Source: Eledone cirrhosa (lineage: Eukaryota). Taken from it: a DNA stretch of 64,000 nucleotides. Below are positions 1 through 16,920 of this stretch, piece by piece. The translations under genes and the position numbers were made by a program. The stretch is from the NCBI GenBank assembly GCA_964016885.1, contig OZ024742.1:368218001-368282000 (forward strand), given 5' to 3'. Every line of letters begins with the position of its first letter. Position 1 is the first letter of the stretch. The notes beneath the pieces are model-generated. The model was not told the origin of the DNA and did not search any database. It saw only the letters and a list, made by a program, of their open reading frames with translations.

Positions 1-269
1 ACTTGAATATTATCTGTTGATCCTATACAAGCTCCTTCATAAATTGATATAATTTCACCCAAATTGTAGGAATCTTATAATGAAACGAGACGTCCGTCTG
101 GGAAGAGATATATTCGATATGTCTCATATGAAATAATACAGCCAATTTTCCACACAATACATTTAGTTAGCACCCCGAACGTTTAATTAGGAATATACTC
201 ACTTATTTCCTAATGTTTCTTGAGTGAGTTGGAATTTGGCCGGCGTATCGCTAAAAGCTTTCTCCGATA

Positions 270-270
<1 letters not shown>

Positions 271-322
<52 letters not shown>
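271..322. repeat. (TA)n microsatellite
   Basis: Direct TA dinucleotide run. Confidence 0.95.
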
Positions 323-325
<3 letters not shown>

Positions 326-490
326 CAATATGTTGAAAAGGTAACACATAAGAGAGAGAGAGATAGTGCGCTATCAATCAAACAGGGAAAATCCACCGTA
401 TATGGAATTTATAACCCATGGAAGGCAGAGTAGACGATAATTAAAAGTATAAATTAAAGTGTAAATACATACCTCGATAACTATCTAACA

Positions 491-570
491 CACACGTACA
501 AATCCAAAGAGATCTGTTTCGCCAATAAGTTGTAGACAGACATGAATAATCCATGGTTCGTCAGCGTATG
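491..570 (-). ncRNA. Type I hammerhead ribozyme fold (Penelope/retrozyme-type)
   Basis: Minus strand reads CATACG-CTGACGA-(stem II, weak: A-CCA...TGG-C)-GAAACAGATCT cttt GGATTTGT-A-CGTGTG. Core boxes are intact, stem III is 8 bp, the cleavage triplet is GUA, and stem I is CATACG/CGTGTG. Confidence 0.7.
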
Positions 571-677
571 TAAGGCTTTTCAGGCAACTCTAAGAGAATC
601 GAAAGCGACCGTCCCGCCACACGTTGGAGAGAGAAGTCACAACGTGACTAGGACAGTAACCAATGGCCTCTGAGGAC

Positions 678-3600
678 CACACACTGACACACACTGACAC
701 ACATTGACACACACTGACACACACACTGACACACACTGACACACACACTGACACTGACACTGGCACACACTGACACACACTAACACACAGACTGAGATAC
801 ACTGACACACACACAGACACACACTTACACACACTGACACACACGCTGACACACACTGACACACATTGACACACACTGACACACACACTGACACACACTG
901 ACACACACACTGACACAGACACTGGCACACACTGACACACACTAACACACAGACTGACATACACTGACACACACACAGACACACACTTAAACACACTGAC
1001 ACACACGCTGACACACACTGACACACACTGACACACTGACACACACACTGACACATACACTGGCACACACTGACACACACTAACACACAGACTGAGATAC
1101 ACTGACAAACACACAGACACACACTGACACACACTGACACACACTGACACACACACTGGCACACACTGACACACACACACTGACACACACTAACACACAG
1201 ACTGAGATACACTGACACACACACAGACACACACTGACACACACTGAAACACACGCTGACACACACTGACACACACTGACATACACACTGACACACACTG
1301 ACACACACTGACACACACACTGACACAGACACTGGCACACACTGACACACACTAACACACAGACTGAGATACACTGACAAACACACTGGCACACACTGAC
1401 GCACACACTGAAACACACTGACATACACTGACACACACACTGACACACACTGACACACACTGACACACACACTGACACACACTGACATACACTGACACAC
1501 ACACTGACACACACGGACACACACTGACACACACACTGACACACACTGACACACACTGACACACACACTGACACACACTGACACACACTGACACACACAC
1601 TGACAAACACACTGACACACACTGACACACACACTGACACACACTGACACACACTGACACACACACTGACACACACTGACATACACTGACACACACACTG
1701 ACACACACTGACACACACTGACACCCACTGACACACACTGACACCCAGTGACACACACTGACACACACTAACACACACACTGACACACACTGACACACAC
1801 TGACACACACTGACACACACAGACACACACTGGCACACACAGTGGCACACACACTGTCACACACTGACACATAATGACATACACTGACACACACACTGAC
1901 ACACACACTGACACATACACTGACACACACTGACACACACTGACATACACTGACACACACTGACACACACTGACACACACTGACGCACACACTGACACAC
2001 ACACTGACACACATACTGGCACATACTGACACACACTGACACACACTGACACACACACACTGACACACACACTGACACATAAACTGACACACACTGACAC
2101 ACACACTGACACACACTGACACACACTGACACACACTGACACACACTGACACACACTGACACACACACTTACACACACACACTGACACATACACTGACAC
2201 ACACTGACACACACTGACACACACTGACACACACTGACATACACTGACACACACTGAAACACACACTGACACACACTGATATACACACTGACACACACAC
2301 TGACACACATACTGGCACACACTGACACACACTGACACACACTGACACACACTGACACACACTGACACACACACACTGACACACACTGACACATACACTG
2401 ACACACACTGACACACACTGACACACACTGACACACACTGACACACACTGACACACACACTGACACACACTGACACACACTGACACACACACTTACACAC
2501 ACACTGACACATACACTGACACACACTGGCACACACTGACCCGCACTGACACACACTGACACACACACTTACACACACACTGACACATACACTGACATAC
2601 ACTGACACACACTGAAACACACACTGACACACACTGATATACACACTGACACACACACTGACACTCATTGACACTCACTGACACACACTGACACAAACTG
2701 ACACATACACTGACACACACTGACACACACTGACACACACATTGACACACACACACTGACACACACTGACATACACTGACACACACTGACACACACTGTC
2801 ACACACTGACACACACTGACGCACACACTGACACACACACTGACACATACACTGACACACACTGACACACACTGACACACACTGACATACACTGACACAC
2901 ACTGACACACACTGACACACACACTGGCACACATTGACACACACTGACACACACTGACACACACTGACACACACTGAGACATACACTGACACACACTGAC
3001 ACACACTGACACACACTGACATACACTGACACACACTGACACACACTGACACACACTGACACACACTGACACACACACTGACACAGACACTGGCACACAC
3101 TGACACACAGACTGACACACATACTGGCACATACACTGACACACACTGACACACACTGACACACACTGACATACACTGACACACACTGACACACACTGAC
3201 ACACACACTGGCACACATTGACACACACTGACACACACTGACACACACTGACACACACTGAGACATACACTGACACACACTGACACACACTGACACACAC
3301 TGACATACACTGACACACACTGACACACACTGACACACACTGACACACACTGACACACACTGACGCACACACTGACACTCACACTGACACACATACTGGC
3401 ACATACTGACACACACTGACACACACTGACACACACTGACACACACACACTGACACACACACTGACACACACTAACACACAGACTGACACACACTGACAC
3501 AGACACAGACACACACTGACAGATACTGACACACACACTAATACACACACTGACACACACTGACACAAATTCTGACACACACCGACATACACACAGACAC

Positions 3601-6600
3601 ACACTGACACACACTAACACAGACTGAGATACACTGACAAACACACTGACACACACTGACATACACTGACACACACACTGACACACACTGACACACACTG
3701 ACACACACACTGACACAAACTGACACACACTGACACACACTGACACACACACTGACACACACACAGGCACACACTGACACACACACACTGACACACACTA
3801 ACACACAGACTGAGATACACTGACACACACACAGAAACACACTGACACACTCTGACACACACACTGACACAGACACTGGCACACACTGACACACACACTG
3901 ACACACACTGACACACACACAGACACACACTAACACACAGACTGACACACACTGACACATACTGACACACACACTGATACACACACTGACACACACTGAC
4001 ACAAATTCTGACACACACCGACATACACACACTGAAACACACTCACACACACTGACACACACACTGATACACACACTGACACACACTGACACACACACTG
4101 ACACACACTGACAGACACACTGACACACACACTGACACACACACTGACACACACTGACACACACACTGACACACACTGACACACACTGACACACACACTG
4201 ACACACACTGACACGCACTCTGACACACACACTAACACACACTGACACACACACATTGACACACACACTGACACACATACACTGACACACACTAACACAC
4301 AGACTGACACACACTGACACACACACTGACACACACTGACACACACTGACACACACACTGACACAAACTGACACACACACTGACACACACTGACACGCAC
4401 TCTGACACACACACTAACACACACTAACACACACACTGACACACACTGACACACACACTGACACGCACTCTGAGACACACAGTAACAAACATTGACACAC
4501 ACTGACGCACACACTAACACACACTGACACACACACTGACACACACACACTGACACACACTAACACACACACTGACACACACACTGACACACACTGACAC
4601 ACACTGACACACACTGACACACACAATGACACACACACTGACACACACTGACACCCACTGACACACACTGACACCCACTGACACACACTGACACACACTA
4701 ACACACACACAGACACACACTGACACACACTGACACACACTGACACACACAGACACACACTGGCACACACAGTGGCACACACACTGTCACACACTGACAC
4801 ATAATGACATACACTGACACACACACTGACACACACACTGACACATACACTGACACACACTGACACACACTGACATACACTGACACACACTGACACACAC
4901 TGACACACACTGACACACACTGACGCACACACTGACACACACACTGACACACATACTGGCACATACTGACACACACTGACACACACTGACATACACTGAC
5001 ACACACTGAAACACACACTGACACACACTGACACACACACTTACACACACACTGACACATACACTGACACACACTGACACACACTGACACACACTGACAT
5101 ACACTGACACACACTGAAACACACACTGACACACACTGATATACACACTGACACACACACTGACACACATACTGGCACAGACTGACACATACTGACACAC
5201 ACTGACACACACTGACACACACACACTGACACACACTGACACATACACTGACACACACACTGACACACACTGACACACACTGACACACACTGACACACAC
5301 TGACACACACACTGACACACACTGACACACACTGACACACACTGACACACACACTTACACACACACTGACACATACACTGACACACACTGACACACACTG
5401 ACACACACTGACATACACTGACACACACTGAAACACACACTGACACACACTGATATACACACTGACACACACACTGACACACATTGACACTCACTGACAC
5501 ACACTGACACACACTGACACATACACTGACACGAACTGACACACACTGACACACACATTGACACACACACACTGACACACACTGACATACACTGACACAC
5601 ACTGACACACACTGTCACGCACTGACACACACTGACACACACACTGACACACACACTGACACATACACTGACACACACTGACACACACTGACACACACTG
5701 ACATACACTGACACACACTGACACACACTGACACACACACTGGCACACATTGACACACACTGACACACACTGACACACACTGACACACACTGACACACAC
5801 TGACACATACACTGACACATACTGACACACACTGACACACACTGACATACACTGACACACACTGACACACACTGACACACACTGACACACACACTGACAC
5901 ACACACTGACACATAAACTGACACACACTGACACACACTGACACACACTGACATACACTGACACACACTGACACACACTGACACACACACTGACACACAC
6001 TGATATACACACTGACACACACACTGACACACATACTGGCACACACTGACACACACTGACACACGCTGACACACACTGCCACATACACTGACACACACTG
6101 ACACACACTGACACACACTGACATACACTGACACACACTGACACACACCGACACACACTGACACACACACTGACACACACACACTGACACATACACTGAC
6201 ACACACTGACACACACTGACACACACTGACACACACTGACACACACTGACACACACTGATATACACACTGACACACACACTGACACACATACTGGCACAC
6301 ACTGACACACACTGACACACACTGACACACACTGACACACACTGACACACACTGAAACACACACTGACACACACTGATATACACACTGACACACACACTG
6401 ACACACATACTGGCACACACTGACACACACTGACACACACTGACACACACTGACACACACTGACACACACTGACACACACTGACATACAGTGACACACAC
6501 TGACATAAACTGACACACACACTGACACACACACTGGCACACACTGACACACACTGACACACACTGACACACACTGACACACACTGACACACACTGACAC

Positions 6601-9600
6601 ACATTGACACACACTGACACACACACTGACACACACACTGACACATACACTGACACACACTGACACAAACTGACACACACTGACACACACTGAAACACAC
6701 ACTGACACACACTGATATACACACTGACACACACACTGACACACACTGACACACACTGACACACACTGACACACACTGACACACACTGACACACACACTG
6801 ACACATACACTGACACACACTGACACACACTGACACACACTGACACACACTGACACACACTGAAACACACACTGACACACACTGATATACACACTGACAC
6901 ACACACTGACACACATACTGGCACACACTGACACACACTGACACACACTGACACACACACTGACACAAACTGACACACACTGACACACACTGACACACAC
7001 ACTGACACACACACAGGCACACACTGACACACACACACTGACACAAACTAACACACAGACTGAGATACACTGACACACACACAGAAACACACTGACACAC
7101 TCTGACACACACACTGACACAGACACTGGCACACACTGACACACACACTGACACACACTGACACACACACAGACACACACTAACACACAGACTGACACAC
7201 ACTGACACATACTGACACACACACTGATACACACACTGACACACACTGACACAAATTCTGACACACACCGACATACACACACTGAAACACACTCACACAC
7301 ACTGACACACACACTGATACACACACTGACACACACTGACACACACACTGACACACACTGACACACACACTGACACACACACTGACACACACACTGACAC
7401 ACACTGACACACACACTGACACACACTGACACACACTGACACACACACTGACACACACTGACACGCACTCTGACACACACACTAACACACACTGACACAC
7501 ACACATTGACACACACACTGACACACATACACTGACACACACTAACACACAGACTGACACACACTGACACACACACTGACACACACTGACACACACTGAC
7601 ACACACACTGACACAAACTGACACACACACTGACACACACTGACACGCACTCTGACACACACACTAACACACACTAACACACACACTGACACACACTGAC
7701 ACACACACTGACACGCACTCTGAGACACACAGTAACACACATTGACACACACTGACGCACACACTAACACACACTGACACACACACTGACACACACACAC
7801 TGACACACACTAACACACACACTGACACACACACTGACACACACTGACACACACTGACACACACTGACACACACAATGACACACACACTGACACACACTG
7901 ACACCCACTGACACACACTGACACCCACTGACACATACTGACACACACTAACACACACACAGACACACACTGACACACACTGACACACACTGACACACAC
8001 TGACACACACAGACACACACTGGCACACACAGTGGCACACACACTGTCACACACTGACACATAATGACATACACTGACACACACACTGACACACACACTG
8101 ACACATACACTGACACACACTGACACACACTGACATACACTGACACACACTGACACACACTGACACACACTGACACACACTGACGCACACACTGACACAC
8201 ACACTGACACACATACTGGCACATACTGACACACACTGACACACACTGACATACACTGACACACACTGAAACACACACTGACACACACTGACACACACAC
8301 TTACACACACACTGACACATACACTGACACACACTGACACACACTGACACACACTGACATACACTGACACACAATGAAACACACACTGACACACACTGAT
8401 ATACACACTGACACACACACTGACACACATACTGGCACAGACTGACACATACTGACACACACTGACACACACTGACACACACACACTGACACACACTGAC
8501 ACATACACTGACACACACACTGACACACACTGACACACACTGACACACACTGACACACACTGACACACACACTGACACACACTGACACACACTGACACAC
8601 ACTGATACACACACTTACACACACACTGACACATACACTGACACACACTGACACACACTGACACACACTGACATACACTGACACACACTGAAACACACAC
8701 TGACACACACTGATATACACACTGACACACACACTGACACACATTGACACTCACTGACACACACTGACACACACTGACACATACACTGACACGAACTGAC
8801 ACACACTGACACACACATTGACACACACACACTGACACACACTGACATACACTGACACACACTGACACACACTGTCACGCACTGACACACACTGACACAC
8901 ACACTGACACACACACTGACACACACACTGACACACACTGACACACACTGACACACACTGACATACACTGACACACACTGACACACACTGACACACACAC
9001 TGGCACACATTGACACACACTGACACACACTGACACACACTGACACACACTGACACACACTGACACATACACTGACACATACTGACACACACTGACACAC
9101 ACTGACATACACTGACACACACTGACACACACTGACACACACTGACACACACACTGACACACACACTGACACATAAACTGACACACACTGACACACACTG
9201 ACACACACTGACATACACTGACACACACTGACACACACTGACACACACACTGACACACACTGATATACACACTGACACACACACTGACACACATACTGGC
9301 ACACACTGACACACACTGACACACGCTGACACACACTGCCACATACACTGACACACACTGACACACACTGACACACACTGACATACACTGACACACACTG
9401 ACACACACCGACACACACTGACACACACACTGACACATACACTGACACACACTGACACACACTGACACACACTGACACACACTGACACACACTGACACAC
9501 ACTGATATACACACTGACACACACACTGACACACATACTGGCACACACTGACACACACTGACACACACTGACACACACTGACACACACTGACACACACTG

Positions 9601-11230
9601 AAACACACACTGACACACACTGATATACACACTGACACACACACTGACACACATACTGGCACACACTGACACACACTGACACACACTGACACACACTGAC
9701 ACACACTGACACACACTGACATACAGTGACACACACTGACATAAACTGACACACACACTGACACACACACTGGCACACACTGACACACACTGACACACAC
9801 TGACACACACTGACACACACTGACACACACTGACACACATTGACACACACTGACACACACACTGACACACACACTGACACATACACTGACACACACTGAC
9901 ACAAACTGACACACACTGACACACACTGAAACACACACTGACACACACTGATATACACACTGACACACACACTGACACACACTGACACACACTGACACAC
10001 ACTGACACACACTGACACACACTGACACACACTGACACACACACTGACACATACACTGACACACACTGACACACACTGACACACACTGACACACACTGAC
10101 ACACACAGAAACACACACTGACACACACTGATATACACACTGACACACACACTGACACACATACTGGCACACACTGACACACACTGACACACACTGACAC
10201 ACACTAACACACACTGACACACACTGACATACACTGACACACACACTGACACACACACTGGCACACACTGACACACACTGACACACACTGACACACACTG
10301 ACACACACTGACACACACACTGACACACACACTGGCACACACTGACACACACACTGACACACACACTGGCACACACTGACACACACTGACACACACTGAC
10401 ACACACTCACACACACTGACACACACTGACACACACTGACATACACTGACACAAACACTGACACACACACTGGCACACACACTGGCACACACTGACACAC
10501 ACTGACACACACTGACACACACTGACACACACTGACACACACTGACACACACTGACACACACTCACACACACTGACACACACTGACACAGACTGACATAC
10601 ACTGACACACACACTGACACACACACTGGCACACACTGACACACACTGACACACACTGACACACACTGACACACACTGACACACACTGACACACACTGAC
10701 ACACACTGACACACACTGACATACACTGACACACACACTGACACACACTGACACACACACTGACACACACACACTGGCACACACTGACACACACTGACAC
10801 ACACTGAGACACAATGACACACACTGGCACACACTGACACACACTGACACACACACTGACACACACACACTGGCACACACTGACACACACTGACACACAC
10901 TGACACACACTGACACACATATTGATACACACACTGACACTCACACTGACACACACTGACACACACACTGACACACACTGACACACACTGGCACACACAC
11001 TGGCACACACTGACACACACACTTACACACACACTGACACACACTGACACACATATTGATACACACACTGACACACACACTGACACACACTGACACACAC
11101 ACTGACACACACTGACACACACACTGACACACACACTGACACACACACACTGACACACACACTGGCACACACACTGATACACACACTGACACACACACTG
11201 GCACACACACTGACATACACTGATACACAC
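678..11230. repeat. Large simple satellite, ~10-bp unit (CACACACTGA)n with 12/14-bp variants
   Basis: Continuous tandem acacactgac units over ~10.5 kb. The overlapping VSVCQC ORFs are translations of the repeat. Confidence 0.97.
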
Positions 11231-11509
11231 ACACACACATATATACACATATATATACACATATATACACACACATACACGCACATACACACACGCACAC
11301 ACACACACAAACACATACATCCATATATATATGTGTGTGTTTGTGTGTGTGTATGTGCGTGTGTGTATGTGCGTGTTTGTAATATGTCTATGTGTGTGTG
11401 TGTGTGTGTATACACACACGTTGATGTACACACAGATACTCACACATTTACGCACCGACACACACATATACATACACAAACATGCATACGGACATAAACA
11501 CAAACACAT

Positions 11510-11547
<38 letters not shown>

Positions 11548-11600
11548 GCTCACGCCCACACATACACAGGCACAAACAGAAACACGCACAAAATCATACA
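11231..11600. repeat. Compound (CA)n/(TA)n/(TG)n microsatellite
   Basis: Direct inspection. CA and TG blocks face each other. Confidence 0.85.
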
Positions 11601-11990
11601 CATACAGAGAGAAAGAGGCGTGGGGTATAGGGTGGTGGAGGGGAGATGGTGAGAGAAGGGGTAGGGGGAGATGAAGGGGCAGGGGAGAGTGGGAGAGAGG
11701 AGGGAAATGGTGAGATAGGGGGAGGAACCTCATACTCCTCCCATCAGATCGATTAATCTAGGTGTAGAGTGTTCCACAGTTTCTTTTGTTCCAGATAATG
11801 ATGGTTCCATTAGCCACCAAATACCATGGAGATAAAACTAAGATTTAAAGGTTAACAACTAAATCAAGCCAGCTCCACATTTTTACTTCAAACACTCCAG
11901 ATGAACATTAAAGCATAACAAAATAAAAACAATATCTATTAATATGAAAATAATATAAAAATAAAGCAATGTTGTTATAGAACCACTAAT

Positions 11991-12105
11991 GCGTGTGGCC
12001 AAGTGGTTAGGGTGTTGAATTTAAGATCATAAGGTCGTAGCTTCGATTCATCGACTGGGCGACATGTTGTGTTCTTCAATAAGTAAGACGCTTCATTTCA
12101 AGTTA
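11991..12105 (+). mobile_element. tRNA-derived SINE 5' head (degenerate)
   Basis: A-box TGGCCAAGTGG at 11996-12006 and B-box-like (G)CTTCGATTC at 12040-12049, followed by a TGTGTTCTT...AAGACGCTTCATTTCA central-domain-like motif. Confidence 0.65.
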
Positions 12106-12554
12106 GTTAACATAACAGGACCGGGACCCTCGTCATTGAAACACCAGAGAAACCTCTTGTGAGATGCAACCTTGTAGGAGGCCAATTAAACCTGCTTAGG
12201 TGTAACAACATGACAGGACTAGGGCACCAGAAAGAGTAGAAAATGTTCTTATGCCATTGAACCTTGTAAGAGGCCAGGTAAATCTGTTTAGAGGTGGCTT
12301 GTAACAGCATAACTGTGTTCCCTGTCATTAAAACACCATTAAAACCTCATATACACTACAACCTTGTAGGGAGCCGGCTAGGTGGTAACTCTAACATCTA
12401 TCTTCCCTATCATTAAAACTTCGATGAAGGTGTGAACTGTAAATATAATATCAAGCGCTATAACAATAGAGCAATATCGATATCTGGTATTGATCAGTGA
12501 ACTATTGAGAATAAGTTTCAGTGTCGCATGTCGGCGATATTTGTTCTGGTTCTT

Positions 12555-12620
12555 CAACTTTGACTTTCATTCTTCTGGGGTCAATAAAATAAAGTACCAG
12601 TCTAGTACCGGGGTAGATTC
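12555..12620 (+). mobile_element. SINE body/3' fragment (octopod-type, from recall)
   Basis: TTTCATTCTTCTGGGGTCAATAAAATAAAGTACCAG...GTACCGGGGT. A related copy lies at 49405-49485. Confidence 0.55.
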
Positions 12621-12644
12621 TTCCTCTATATTTCTATTTCCATC

Positions 12645-12702
12645 GCTCTCTCTATCTCTCTCTGTCTCATCCTATCTCTCTCTCTCTCTCTCTCTCATCC
12701 TA

Positions 12703-12765
<63 letters not shown>

Positions 12766-12775
12766 CTGTCTCATC

Positions 12776-12822
<47 letters not shown>

Positions 12823-12905
12823 ACTCTCTCTCTCTCTCTCTCTCTCATCCTATCTCTCTCTCTCTCTCATCCTATATCTCTCTCTATCTCTATCTCTCTC
12901 TACTT
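12645..12905. repeat. (TC)n/(TA)n compound microsatellite
   Basis: Direct inspection. Confidence 0.9.
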
Positions 12906-13245
12906 CTCTACCTATCCTCCATTCTTACCTCCCCTCCACCTCAGTATCCCTATTTGTCCACACGTTGGACAACAGTCCTCTTCTCTTCTATTTTATTATT
13001 TCTCTCTTTTTTTACATTTATCTCCTTTGACTAAACCTATGTCCACTCTATATTTGTGTAATTTGCCTAAAGGCATAACTAATCTCTATCTCTTTTTTTA
13101 ATGTCACAATGTGCACTGGAATGAATGGTATGGACCTTAAATAAACCGGAACTGTAGAGATTTCCAGAGGTTGGCTGAAGTGATGGGACTGTCCGTCTTT
13201 CTGTTGTTTTTTCCCGTTGTCTTCTCCTGTGCGGTCCCTATTTAG

Positions 13246-13546
<301 letters not shown>

Positions 13547-13628
13547 TTTATCCCGGGTTCAATCGGGGGTAACCACAGTAAGTAAGGTACTCAATACAAA
13601 GCTGAGTATAAATATTTAATATAGAAAG

Positions 13629-13677
13629 GCTTCTACAGGACTATAACTGTTTCATTCGGGAGAAATCATCAGGGAGC
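13629..13677 (-). ncRNA. Type I hammerhead ribozyme fold in an inverted repeat
   Basis: Minus strand reads GCTCC-CTGATGA-tttctcccgaat-GAAACAG ttatagtc CTGT-A-GAAGC. The inverted partner at 13784-13832 (+) has a mutated core (CTGGTGG). Confidence 0.7.
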
Positions 13678-13851
13678 ATGATTTTCTTTAAACCCATCAA
13701 CCAATGACCTCCACTCATCCCAATCACCACCCTCTCCTACCACCAGAAAAGATATAAATACTACCATATTACTTGGACAGCCAGCTTCCTGGTGGTTTCT
13801 CCCGACTGAAACAGTTCTAGTCCTGTAAAAGCCTTTCTATATTAAATATAT

Positions 13852-13987
<136 letters not shown>

Positions 13988-14330
13988 CTTACGTAATGCA
14001 ATACTAACATTACCTAATTTCTGCACATGGTCATTGTAGTTGGATCCCGCCAGCAAATGAGTATCGTAAAGGTACATCGGTCGGGGTATCTAAAGTTTCC
14101 TACCCAAACTAAGTCATCTTCCTCACTGATTAACGTATGTGTACACACTAGTAATTTGGGTCGAATTTTGATAATACAGACTTCATTAGATTGAGTGATG
14201 AAACAACCGAAGCTGTGTCCATTCTATTCGATAAGCTTTGACTTTTAATTATATATATATACATATGTTTATCTATATCTATATCTATATCTATATCTAT
14301 ATCTATCTAATCTATCTATCTATCTAGCTA

Positions 14331-14422
<92 letters not shown>

Positions 14423-14484
14423 GTGTTTCCGTAGGAAGGGTAAAGGAAAAGTGAGTGCTCTATGTATGCTACAGAGCTATTTAA

Positions 14485-14838
14485 ATATGTAATAAACAAC
14501 ATAAGACAATTATTCCATTTACTAAGGGTTTCACGAAGACAGACGAGCTCAACTGAGACGTCTGAAATCGCTCATCAGAATGAAAATTTAATATGGACGT
14601 AAGATAGGAATTTAAAAACAAAGGCTAATACAATTCAAAGCGAGGCTGATATATAATAAAATAAAGGTAAACGGGGGAAAATATACACACTGAAATAGAA
14701 CGCAAGGTTTTTAAATTCATATCTTACGTCCATATTGATTTTTCATTCTGATGAGCGATTTCAGATGTCTCTATTAGGCTCGTCTGTCTTCGTGAAACCT
14801 TTGGTAAATGGAATAATTGCCTTATGTTGTTTGTTACA

Positions 14839-14842
<4 letters not shown>
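14485..14842. mobile_element. Inverted-repeat relic (~135-bp arms), Penelope pseudo-LTR-like
   Basis: 14485-14618 is the diverged reverse complement of 14708-14842. Each arm carries a hammerhead core. Confidence 0.75.
14741..14813 (+). ncRNA. Type I hammerhead ribozyme fold
   Basis: TTTCATT-CTGATGA-GCGA...TCGT-GAAACC ttt GGT-A-AATGGAA. A mirror copy lies on the minus strand at 14513-14585. Confidence 0.75.
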
Positions 14843-14906
<64 letters not shown>

Positions 14907-14907
<1 letters not shown>

Positions 14908-15102
14908 CTAAGGAAATGTGGTAAGGAACCAGGTGGACCATAACGCACCAAAGTACTCAATACTTGGGGTAGTAGAGTGGGTAATAGGAACCAGTAAGAC
15001 CCCGACAGCTGAGCTCAAGCCGTTTCGACGGCTAATTCTGAAGTCCAGAATTAGCCGTCGAAACGGCTTGAGCTCAGCTGTCGGGGTCTTACTGGTTCCT
15101 AT
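14907..15102. mobile_element. Repeat family X copy 1 ending in a perfect palindrome (57-bp arms, 14984-15102)
   Basis: Arms 14984-15040 and 15046-15102. An inverted partial copy lies at ~15583-15700 and a second full copy at 62487-62688. Contains a hammerhead 3' half (GAAACGGC...GCTGTC). Confidence 0.8.
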
Positions 15103-15246
15103 ATATATATATATATATATACAACTTAACAGGCTGAATACGGCGATGACACATTCCTTTAACAGAGTGTGTGGCAGCATAAAATAATGAATGGGGATAA
15201 ATATCTAAATATCCAACCACTCTTAGGCGTGCGTCAACATGTGAAC

Positions 15247-15339
15247 ACATATCTGACGAGCTTCCAATTCCAGAGTGAGAATCGATCATTAATCGATTCG
15301 TTCCTCGAACTGATCGAAAGTGAAACATGTGTAATATGT
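15247..15339 (+). ncRNA. Type I hammerhead ribozyme fold
   Basis: ACATAT-CTGACGA-GCTT...AAGT-GAAACA tg TGT-A-ATATGT, with a perfect 6-bp stem I and an intact core. Confidence 0.75.
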
Positions 15340-15479
15340 AATTAAATATGTAAATGGTGTAATACTGATTCTTTGTTCCCTTTTAGTATTATTATTGATA
15401 CTCTGCTCCCTACCAGCACCAAGTGCTCATCTTGGCATACCACCTACAGACGCAATTAACTTGTACCTCTAATACCTAA

Positions 15480-15581
<102 letters not shown>

Positions 15582-15698
15582 ACTGAGTCCAGAAATAGCT
15601 GTCGAAACTCTTTTCCTATTACCCACTCTACTACCTAAGTATCGAGTACTCTGGTGCGTTATGGTCCACCTGGTTCCTTACCACACTACCTTCGTTAC

Positions 15699-15751
<53 letters not shown>

Positions 15752-16104
15752 ATATATATATATAAATGTATATACATGTTTCCTGGTCAGTCTGTGAACT
15801 TCAAATATTTTTCAGTACTTTAAAATATGTTTTTATCTTTGGGAGTTAGGAAAATACGATTGATTATAGAATGTTTCTTCATCTTTTCAGCATAAAAACT
15901 GCTAACCTATATTAATGGCCGCCTTCTTTCACTAAATATCTTTCGACGTTATATATTAGAAACTATAGGAATCAATACTAATTAGCTCCTAGAATTATCC
16001 AGTCACTTCACTGTCTTAGCCTTGTTTTATTTTAATATTGTTTTATCTTTTACAGTTCGTGTTACGTTGCCGCATCGATAAAATCAACCATGATAATAAT
16101 ATGG

Positions 16105-16372
16105 TGTATGGGGGGGTATGTATGTGTGTGTGTGTATATGTGTGTGTATGAGTGCGTGTGTGTGTCTATGTGAATGTGTGTGTGTATGTGAATGTCTGTG
16201 TGTGAGTGAGTGTGTGTGAGTGAGTGAGTGTGTGTGTGTGTTTGTGTTTGTGTGCATATGTGTCTGTGAATGTGTGTGTGTATGTGAATGTGTGTGTATG
16301 TGTGGGTGTATGTGAATGGGTGTATGTGTGTGTATGTGAATATCTGTGTGTGTGTGTGAGTGAGTGTGTGTA
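16105..16372. repeat. Degenerate (TG)n microsatellite
   Basis: Direct inspection. Confidence 0.85.
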
Positions 16373-16920
16373 TAGAACAATGAAAACAAAATAAAAGTTA
16401 GAAATAAATAGTTAATTAGTTCGTTGTTTTACGATAGATTCAGAGGGTCACGTGTTCGTGGCAGATCGACATATCGACGATCATAGTAGTGATTACGTTA
16501 TTATCTATTTCTAGTCTCAAAAGTCCTGTCCTTCAGAAACACTATATCTATATTATAAAGCTGACGGCCATATGTATGTAACAAACCTTTCGCCAAATGG
16601 CTGAACCAAACAACACAAATTTGCACCATAGATGTAACTTTTTCCAAGTAAGAGAGTGAGGGTATTTTTCTCTACTAAATTTAGTTAAAAGATTAAAGAT
16701 ATTTTATTGTTTATTTAAATATTCACTTCTTTAAAATTTTCCAATATCAACACTTTCGGTTATACAAAATTCCTCTCTCTTTCTTACTCTGCCTTTTTAG
16801 ATAGATACATAACTATAACGTCGCGCCCTTATAATATCTCTCTCTCTGGCTGCCTGTCTGCATTGACTTCTAACCAACTTTTAATTAATTATATATATAT
16901 ATATATATTCGTCTACATAT

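Noticed and set aside
590-11575. Many long Cys/Val/Ser-rich ORFs (up to 986 aa)
   Set aside because: They are translations of the (CACACACTGA)n satellite, open in all three minus frames, with no coding signal.
11991-12065. tRNA gene
   Set aside because: A and B boxes are present but there is no proper cloverleaf, and SINE-like sequence follows.
14163-14225. Additional hammerhead candidates (also ~16561-16610 and ~62133-62185)
   Set aside because: Core boxes are mutated or stems are weak, so they are too degenerate to call.
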